Of a stretch of 64,000 bases of DNA, positions 56,753-64,000 are shown one piece after another. A program made the position numbers and the translations under genes. Location: the NCBI RefSeq assembly GCF_009914755.1, contig NC_060926.1; one strand, given 5' to 3'. The stretch comes from the human T2T-CHM13v2.0 reference genome, Homo sapiens. Each line of letters begins with the position of its first letter. Within the stretch, counting starts at the first letter, position 1. The notes under the pieces were generated by a model. It was not told the DNA's origin and made no database searches. It worked only from the letters and a program-made list of their open reading frames with translations.

Positions 56753-57972
56753 TTTTTTTTTTAATTAAAAAAAAAAAACAAAAGACCATGGGTGATGTGA
56801 TCATATTTCAAGGGTCCAAATGCTATGAGAATTCTGGAGAAGAGAGAACACTCCAGGCTATGGAATTCAGTTATGTTTGAATGGAGAAAGGGATGTTTGA
56901 AGTAAGTTTTACAGAATGGGTTGATTTTTAAGGTTAAGATCTGTGCGGGGAGTGGGAGGGGGCGGTGTGGTAAGAAAACATTCCAGGAAAAGAAACTCAG
57001 CATCCAAAGGTGAGGAGGCAAAAAAGCCAGGAGAACCCTCAGGGAATAGCAAGAGACTGGCAGGCAGCCTGGGACCAGATCAGCCCAAGGGCAATCTGTT
57101 TATTCCCCTGGCGGGGAAGGCCAAAGGCTGGGAGAAGCATAATCCCCAAGCCTTAAAAAGATCAGGACCAGATCAGAGGGAGGTAGGAGGGGAGGAGAGG
57201 CTTCAGCTAGAGGGCCATACGCCACACCCTGACAGAGGCTGCAAGTCTGGGACTGGGAAGGAGGCTATAGACTTGGCCAGGATTGGAAGCACCTACTTAA
57301 GTCTCAGGCTCTTGTTCATTGAACGATTTATTTAAAGACTTTTTGAATCGTAACTAGTTAAATGACTGTAGGTTTAACTTCATTCTCTTTTCTTCCTTCC
57401 TGTCTCTTCCTTTTCCACTGAAAGAGCACCCCTACATGGAGACCCTGTGGGGAATACAGACATGCTGGGACAGGGACTTGTCCTCCAGCTGTCACACCCA
57501 GCATGCCAGGTAAGCCCCATGGAGGCGGAAAGCCCGCAGGAGTCTCACGCAGGGCCAGTGCAGGGCCCAGCACCCAGCGCCTCCCTGAACAACCAGGAAT
57601 GGCTGTGGTTGGTCAGTGTGCATTGCTGGGCTGGCCCGAGACCTCGCACTGCAGTGAGACTAGCGTCTCTTTCTTCTTGTTAAAAGCCCTGTCCTGGCCT
57701 GGTTCCCATTCCAGCCAGAGGCACAGAGGAGAACGGCTGCAGCTGCACAGTAGTTACTCCCAGCCTCTGCTCGGTTGGCATTTGGTGGGGTTTTCTTTGC
57801 ACCAATCCAGAAACAGGGATGCTGCATATGAAGCCACAGGAGCAGCACAGAAGGCTTCAGGCCGGAACATCGGAGTGGAGGCTGTGTTTGAACAAAGTGG
57901 TATTCACAATTACATGCATGCCTGGTCTCCAGCTGCCATGAGCTTCTCCCTGAAATCCCCACTCTGTGCTGG

Positions 57973-58115
57973 CCCCCGAGAGCAGGGCAGCCTGTAGGTG
58001 GGCAGTCGTAGGTGGTCAGTGCAGCCCCCGGGAGCAGGGAAGCCCAAAGGTGGGCAGTTGTAGGTGGGCAGAGCAGTCCCCGGGAGCAGGGCAGCCCGAA
58101 GGTGGGCAGTGCAGT
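57973..58115. repeat. ~52-bp GC-rich minisatellite x~2.7
   Basis: ccccgggagcagggcagccc..aggtgggcagt repeated. Confidence 0.8.
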
Positions 58116-58758
58116 CACCTGGTGACTCCAAGAAAGGCCAGATACTAGAGTTCTTCCAGCTTCTTGGGGGTCTGGCCAAAGTAGGCTGAAGAAAATTCAT
58201 AAAAGCCCTCAGCAACAAATTTCTCCCTACCAACTTTCAAATTCTCCTTTGACCAATAACGATTCCTTGCTGGATTACGCAGCCCCGCGGGTTGGTCTGT
58301 TTTATTGGGTGGGGGTGGTTTTCATGTTGCCAATAATTAGCTGTGGGCTGATGGGGAGAGGGAGGGTGGCCTATGAGTTGTTCAGTGTTTGGTCTTGCCA
58401 TATGGAAGGTGGGTGCATTTCCCTGAAAGGGTGGCTTCCTGAGATGGGTGCTCTGGGGGCACTTCAGGCCAGGACCCCAAATGCAGAAAACTCTAGATGT
58501 AGCTGTGCCACAATTTATTGAGGAGTTATCTCTTGATAGTAGGGTCATAGATGGCTTTGTTTTCTTATTTTTGCTTAAATAAATATTTATAATTTTCTGT
58601 AAAGATTTTAACTTTTCTATTCAGGGAGGAAGGGAGTTTAATTACTACGTTAGAAGCTTCTTGGGATGTTATGAAATAATACTCAAGAACAAAAAGGATA
58701 TTCATATTGTTTGCCCAGTGATTTGCTCCAAGAGATTTATCCTAAATAAATAATTTAC

Positions 58759-58889
58759 TTTTTTATTTTTTTGAGACAGGTTCTTGCTCTGTCATCTAGG
58801 CTAGAGTATGGTGGTGCAATCACACAGCTCACAGCAGCCTTGACCTCCTGGGCTCAAATCAATCCTCCCACCTCAGCCTTCTGAGTAGC
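58759..58889 (-). mobile_element. Single-arm Alu fragment (AluJ/FRAM/FLAM-like)
   Basis: gagacaggttcttgctctgtc...cctcctgggctcaaatcaatcctcccacctcagcc. Confidence 0.85.
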
Positions 58890-59299
58890 CAAAGAAATAA
58901 CAGAAGCAAAGTGCTGTATATATGAAAGAAATGTGTATTATTGCCCTCTCTTTAATAGTAAAAGCAGGAAACAGCCTGAATGCCTCAAAGCTAGAACCTA
59001 GTTTTGGCACTGAGGGGTACATCTGAACAGTAGAATATACGTAGCTGTGAAGATGACAATTAAGATGATTACATAGAGACAAGGACGCGTGTTTCTGCTG
59101 TGATGTTGTGTGAAAAGGCAGGATATGTGACAATTGTCATAGTTTTCATGTAGATGAGGATTTCAAACAACACGTAAGAATGAAAGCTGTATAGAAGGGC
59201 TGAGTGAATGGGGAGCTTATCCTCCCAAAACTTCAATAAAACAGTGGTTTCAGCCGGATGATCTGCGACATTGTAACACTGATTGACCCACTGTAACAT

Positions 59300-59400
59300 T
59301 CGGGTCAGTCATTTAACCTCCGCACTCTGGATTTTCTCACTTGCCAAACGGAGGTGACAACACCTACTCCCACCTACACCTCAGGGCATTGGGCGTAACA
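59300..59400 (+). mobile_element. MIR fragment
   Basis: gggtcagtcatttaacctc..ctctggattttctcacttgccaaacggaggtgacaacacctac. Confidence 0.55.
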
Positions 59401-59849
59401 GGAGGGAGCTCTGCCGGTTTTGCACGCGAGAGCTTCCACACGTGTGCACAGGGTGCTCATACCCCTGGCATCGTCAGAAACATCAGCACCAGCCTTAGTT
59501 GGTGTGAGGCCCTATCCTGCAAAATATGACAAAATTACCTTGGACATCTCAGTAATTTTCAAAGCTTCCCTTTCATCTAGCACTCAGACTCATGAAATAC
59601 CAGGTCCAGAAACAAAACCAGAAATGATTTCCTCCAATTCTCTCATGTAAATTGTCACAGCGAATCCGCAGACACCAGGGGAAGAATGACACCCTTGCCC
59701 TCACACAGCCTGGCCTGGAGTGAGGGGTCCTGGCCCCGGCTTCCAGCACAGCCCCGCCCTCCAGTCCCTGCCCCTGCTGCTGTAGGGACATGCCCTGAGC
59801 GGGTGTCCCCAGCGCTCCGAGGTGTGGGGCAGACTATGGATAGAGCTCA

Positions 59850-60017
<168 letters not shown>

Positions 60018-61654
60018 TCAAACACCTTCACAGCACACTAATCCTCCCTTAGCACCAAGACCCTGATGCAGGTGGAGCTGGTGAGGGAGGGGTAGTTTCC
60101 CAAACCTGGCACAGGCAGTCCTGATGGGTGGACTGGGAGAGGGGGAGGTAGTCATGTTTCCAGGTGCATGCTTTCTGCTGGTCTCCAGCAGAGAATGCTG
60201 GCGGCAGTGCTATGTGTGAGGTGTATTCAATCCTTCCCAATGAGAGCATCCCAGCTCCCATGCATTCGGGAGGACATAGCTGGTGAAAACTGTAGACAGA
60301 TTCCATTTCTGGAGATGAAGAATTAACAGCTTGGGTAGGATGAGTTTTGAAGCCCCAGAATGGCAATGAATTGACTGTTACCAGAAGATGGAGCTCCAAG
60401 CTGATTTCCTAAATGCTATTGACTGTGGCGTCTGGGGGGCCTGTCTGACTTTAGCCCTTTGGTGTTCTCCACAAGCAGGGAAATGAAAGTGGAGAGGAAA
60501 GCAGAATGATTTCTAGGACTGCAATAAAATGTTTTGTGGAGCCAAATAGTTCAGGCTTAGTCTAGACGGAGGAGACAGCAGCTGGGCTCTTTTGTGTGCA
60601 AGCTCACTTTATGTGAAATCACCGTGTCTGCTCTGTGGGTGTCTACATACGTATCTGCTCATATGCACAGACGCTCACCCCATATATGTGTCATATCCCA
60701 AAAATACGCCTGTGCTGAGGTTTGACGGAGGCCCTGACGCTGCGGATGCTGCATCGAACAGCACACAGCACGCACCTCTCCAACCTATCGATCATTTCCT
60801 GCTTCTGCAGATTAAACACCTGAATGTCTCTGGAGGGCACAGTGGTCATTTGTTTCATTATAAATGTAACACAAAGGACCAGGTTTGCCAGTCAGACAAG
60901 CAAAAATTAGAGTGAAGCTTGTAACAGTTTCCTTCTTTTAGATACAATTTTACGTGAACTCATAAAACCATAGACTGTAAGACAAACTTTAAAAGAATCA
61001 CTTTTTGGCCTCTGGGAAAAAAAAAGTTATCAGATAAGAACGCAATATTATGGGCAGCTGAGTAGTTCTTATCAAGTCTGCACAGGACAGGAAAAGAGAA
61101 CTCAGATCTTTCACAAACAAAAGAGTGGTTCTGAGTCCATTGGTTAGCAGGAGTCCAGAATCTATTTCCCTGGCACCCCAGCCTCCCACAGACCACCCCC
61201 CAACCTGCTAAACATCTGCAGGTTTTCTGAAGACGTCCATACTTGTGACCTGGGGTTTCCATAGAATTCCAAGGGCAGCCAAGCCAAGCTACACACTGTA
61301 CAGGCGTGCTGCATTCCAGGCCACGTCCTGTCCAATGAACACTAGGACAGCCCTGTCTTCACCTCGGAGGACAGCGAAGGCTTGGTCTCCTTCCTTCCAG
61401 CCATTGTAAATGGTCATGGTTTCCACTCCTGATACTATACCCTGCTATGATAAGGTGGGTGGGGCAACTAAAACCATCCAGTTTGCACCACAAGGGCGTG
61501 GAGTGCTTTCACTCCCGTGCATTATATGGAGGTGCCCGCACTTGGGGAGCACGGTGGGGAGCACCATATGGAGCGTGGTAGGCCCCCCAGGAAGGAGAAG
61601 GCATGGAGAGCAGCCGGTGCTCCCTCCCACACCAGTGACCCACGCGTGGCTTAC

Positions 61655-61745
61655 CTTCGGTGGGAGTTCCTGTTGCTGTTGACATGCCCGCGCCCCGTGC
61701 AGCCCGGAGTGGGGCACTTGAGGACACTTTCATGCATGGCAAGGA
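61655..61745 (-). CDS. MYT1L: MYT1L coding exon (91 nt): (I)[29 protein letters not shown](S), N-terminal part of a CCHHC zinc finger
   Basis: Minus strand reads ccctgtcaag|TCCTTGCCATG...CACCGAAG|gtaagc; the translation matches the MYT1L central finger as I recall it. Confidence 0.96.
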
Positions 61746-61900
61746 CTTGACAGGGAGAGGCAAAGAGAACAGCCAGTGTTAAAACAGAGGCACGGTTAGG
61801 GCACATGAAAATGCAGTCATTTAACAAAGGCCAGGTCGCTCATGATAGACAGTCCTACAAACGTTTGTGATGGGCATGGCCAGGAAAACACACATGGGAG

Positions 61901-62008
61901 GAGAAAGAAGGTTGACTGGACCCTACGGACCCTACACGAAAGGCCAGAGAAAGAAGGTTGACTGGACCCTACAGACCCTACATGAAAGGCCAGAGAAAGA
62001 AGGTTGAC
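61901..62008. repeat. 46-bp minisatellite x~2.3
   Basis: gagaaagaaggttgac at 61901, 61947, 61993. Confidence 0.9.
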
Positions 62009-63610
62009 GGGACTCTATGCTAAGGGCCTCACACAGCAGAGGCGCTGGAGCCAGGAGCTGGGGAGTTCAGAGAACACAGAACTGACTCTTTCCTGATGGG
62101 CTAGGGGAGCGAGGGCCTCACAGATATTACCCATGCACAAGCATGGAGTATTGATTAGCCATAGAACAACACAGAGGCTGGGGATTTTAAAAACATGCCT
62201 GTGCTTTGGAAACACACAGCATTATGAACGTGTGGTGGGTAGATGAATACAGAACCACAAACCTTAATTTTAAATAAAATGAATTAAATAATCACTCTTC
62301 CTTTAGGAATCAAGTGCTTTATTATTCTTTAAATAGGATGAGCTAGAAGAGTAAGCGTCTGCGTTTTTACCCTGTGAAATTAACAAGCGGGAGAGGCCTC
62401 TTGCATGGACACCTTTTGTGGTGCAAGGATGCTACTGGCTGGTCGGCAGGGGAGAGCTGCTTGAATTTTCCCAGCAGTGGTGTTGGACCTGAATTATTTG
62501 TGTCTTCCTTCTTTTCTGGTCCTTCATGAACGCTCTACTACTCTGGGTTCTGGGGGAAGGTTAGCAGGGACGAAGGGACCCCCACACGGACCCTGTCTGC
62601 ATCATGCTCTGCTCCTCTGAGCCCGCTGTCTCCAAACTCCAGGGGAATGGGGTGGTGGCTTTCCCTGACAGCAAGGTTTACCTGAGGCCAGGTGAACATG
62701 GAAGGTCTATTCAAAACAGATCTGCCTACTCTAGTTATGTAATTGTATTTTTGACACTTTTCCTCCTTCTCTAGAACAACCTCTCTCTTTCCCCTGCAGT
62801 CTGCTGGGCACTGAATCCCACATCCACATGGTGTTGCTGTTATCTGAGTCCACACCCTGTCTTCTTACTGCTGGGCAGTCCCTTCAGCAGAGTTTGCTTT
62901 GGTATTAGCTTTATCGCTCCCACAGTTCCTGGCTTGTCCTGGATGTGGTAGGTCCTAGTAAGTGCTGTCAGAAAAATGAATGATCAAAGTGAGTCCACCT
63001 TTGGTTCATCTTGTGCTGGCACCTGGCTGGAGGGGGTCACAGGAGGGTTCCTTTCTGAGAGGATCCAAGCACAGTTCCCTGCCCCCTTCCTCCCTGTCCC
63101 AGAGGAAGAAGTGCTGCTCCTCCCTACAGGGAGGCCTCTCCAGGAAGCATGTGCGTGGTCCTCCTTCCTGCAGGATGTCGATCTACCTACTTCGTTCATT
63201 CTTTCTTCTTTATCATTTGTCCACCACCGTGTGACAACAGCACACGAATGCTTCTCTTCACACTGCTCCCCTCTGACATGTACCTGCACCTTTCCTTTCC
63301 TTTTATGGTAAACTTTTCACATGCAGTCTTCCCTGGGGATGGCACACGGGGGTCACTCTGACCTGAGGTCCAGATGGCAAGTGCACTTTACGCCTCTCTC
63401 CTGCTGTGTGGGAATGCACACTCCCAGCCTCGCCCCTGAATCCTCCTGAGGTGGAGTGTGCTTGCTATCCTTGGTCTACACTCTGCTGCTACTTCATCCA
63501 TCTCAATCACATTTCTCAAACTTCTGCAGCATGTGCAGCTCCTATCCCTCTCTCCTCTTCTCACATCTGTCTCTCGGCGTCAACAAGAGGCTTTTACTCA
63601 AGAAACCCTT

Positions 63611-63923
63611 CCGGGCGTGGTGGCTCACACCTGTAATTCCAGCACTTTGGGAGGCTGAGGCGGGCGGATCACAAGGTCAGGAGTTCGAGACCAGCCTCAC
63701 CAATATGGTGAAACCCCGTCTCTACTAAAAATACAAAAATTAGCCAGCCGTGGTGGCATGCACCTGTAATCCCAGCTACTCAGGAGGCTGAAGCAGGAGC
63801 ATCACTTGATCCCACGGGGCGGAGGTTGCAGTGAGCCGAGATTACGCCATTGCACTCCAGCCTGGGCGACAGAGCGAGACTCTGTCTAAAAAAAAAACAA
63901 AAACGAAAACAAAAACAAAAAAA
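63611..63923 (+). mobile_element. Alu (AluS-like) with (AAAAC)n tail
   Basis: ccgggcgtggtggctcacacctgtaat...gagactctgtctaaaa; flanking AAACCCT. Confidence 0.94.
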
Positions 63924-64000
63924 CCCTGTGACCCCTGCAGTTCTTCCTCTCAGACACACGGGGCTTTATCAGAAACACCTTCCTCTCCTGGTTTTCTGTT

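Overview
Human (primate) genomic DNA rich in Alu, L1 and MIR elements. The whole window lies inside the neuronal CCHHC (C2HC) zinc-finger transcription factor gene MYT1L on the minus strand. I located seven canonical coding exons by translation and GT-AG boundaries: 61655-61745, 59875-59982, 52715-52929, 41671-41921, 38876-39112, 37123-37244 and 36174-36242 (from memory about exons 12-18). They splice in frame and encode the second finger of the central zinc-finger pair, the Ser-rich MYT1 domain and an orphan C-terminal half-finger. Positions 1-36173 are one long intron. The main finding is an intact, frame-preserving 63-nt exon at 36694-36756 (minus), missed by the ORF track. It encodes [21 protein letters not shown] and would complete the orphan half-finger, converting the canonical 6-finger MYT1L into a 7-finger, MYT1-like isoform. 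It has a weak donor and is flanked by candidate splicing-regulatory elements. Also present: a 27-bp VNTR of exactly 80 units (TAATCC in most), a ~750-bp GA tract, an intragenic CpG island, many transposon remnants and several short tandem duplications. Nearly all ORF-track entries are spurious. Repeat-family calls are by eye, with approximate boundaries.
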